In this document: positions 62,781 to 64,000 of the stretch, piece after piece
Layout: the number at the start of each line of letters is the position of its first letter
How positions within the stretch are numbered: position 1 is the stretch's first letter
Source: Lama guanicoe
Taxonomy: Eukaryota
Assembly: GCA_013239625.1 (NCBI GenBank)
Contig: MU054187.1
Coordinates: 14,108,974 to 14,172,973 of the forward strand
Length of the DNA stretch: 64,000 nucleotides
Reading direction: 5' to 3'
Position numbers and translations under genes: made by a program
Notes under the pieces: model-generated
Seen by the model: only the letters and a program-made list of their open reading frames with translations
Database searches by the model: none
Told to the model about the DNA's origin: nothing

Positions 62781-64000
62781 CAAGACAGAAAGAAGGAAAG
62801 AAGGACGGGAGAAAGGGGAAAATAGGAGAAGAAAGGAAGAAGCAAAGAGAGAGAAAGTATCTTTTTGCAGTGGGAAAAATAGAACTTTCAAATACAACAG
62901 CTGATTAAGTACAGTGATGATAAAATAGAGACATAAACTCTTTGATGCTGTCTTGGTTAAAACTGAAAGAAATTATAGGTTAGAATCAATTTGATGTCTT
63001 GGGGGCAAAATCCTATTATGTCAAGCACCAGTCATTAATAAGAGAGGTGGACTGAAAAACTTTTCACTCTTGTACTCTCAGCAGTAAAAAGAACAAAGAA
63101 ATCAGACAGGAGGGAAAATGTCTTATTTACGTTGAATGATATGGGCCATGACCACTGCTATGTTTCTTAAGAAGAAACAAAAGATTCCCAAAATATTCAC
63201 AAGTTCTTCATGGGCTTTTCTTTCTAGGATGGTCCTAAAAGCTAAGTACAAAATTTCTGGAATGTAAACTTTAATCTCAAAGCATGTAAAACAGGGAATT
63301 GTTTATTTAATCTGTAGAATAACATTTGTTTTAAGGACTGGAACTTGCTCACTTTAATTGTAAATTAACTATTAATCTGACACATCATTATACAAATTGT
63401 GTGGAATTATTTGTTCGTTAGAGAAAATTATTCGGGCCTCTGGGTCTAGTTTTTCTCTATACCTGCTTTGCCATCCATAACAAAAATAAGAAATCTATAG
63501 CGAACTCAAACCCAAGCACAGTGAGACGTGTAGCATCTTTGAAAACATGCTTTCCCTTGTTTTAATCACACACTGTTATCATGGATTCAGGTTTCTAAAA
63601 AACACCGCTGAAAGTCGAATCTTTATGGTCTCTGGATAGAAATTTCTTTCAAAAATCTTACTTTGTTTATTTTTAAACTTTTTAAATGTAAAAAAATAAT
63701 TCATCTCTTCTCTGCTTTGCCATGGTCAGAATATCCAAACACTGGAAACAATTTGAAGCTATTCCTCTATCATTTTTTTCCATTTCAGTAATATTTTCCC
63801 CTTTCCTCTTAAGGAAGAGATTCAGGTTATTTTCCATTGTATGACTTGGCTGCTAACAACCAGGGCATTTAAGAATAGATATCAGAGAACATTTCAGGGC
63901 CAGGGAGCAGGAGACCCCCCAGGAGCAGGTCCGCATTCACTGTCTAATTACGTTGTCATGTATCCAAAATGAGCTAGCTTCTCTCCAAGAAGCACGGCCA

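Noticed and set aside
1..64000. Prokaryote-type systems, intact transposase or retroviral genes, processed pseudogenes, telomeric arrays
   Set aside because: None recognisable by reading; a tblastx/Dfam search would be needed to exclude highly decayed ones.

Overview
Mammalian genomic DNA, very likely camelid (camel, alpaca or llama), judged from repeated vic-1-type tRNA-derived SINEs. The window holds one complete protein-coding gene, SBSPON (RPE-spondin, somatomedin-B + thrombospondin type 1), on the minus strand. Its five coding exons (30518-30731, 20845-21039, 14528-14618, 12818-12994, 10964-11081) total 795 nt = 264 aa + stop; all introns are GT-AG with consistent phases. The first ~830 bp look like the 3' UTR of the convergent neighbour TERF1 (match recalled from memory, plus known synteny). 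The rest is intronic or intergenic DNA dense in L1, L2, MIR, LTR and DNA-transposon relics plus microsatellites. Nearly all other ORFs in the track are chance or repeat-derived. I found no convincing new multi-gene system. Best second-look items: an extremely GC-shifted SBSPON exon 2 inside an intragenic CpG island; a TSD-bounded composite that looks like an L1 3' transduction (56051-56497); a ~90 bp local sequence copied into an old L1 (48117-48203 to 49120-49208); and retro-insertions in both 3' UTRs. Repeat family names and cross-species comparisons come from memory and need RepeatMasker/BLAST confirmation.
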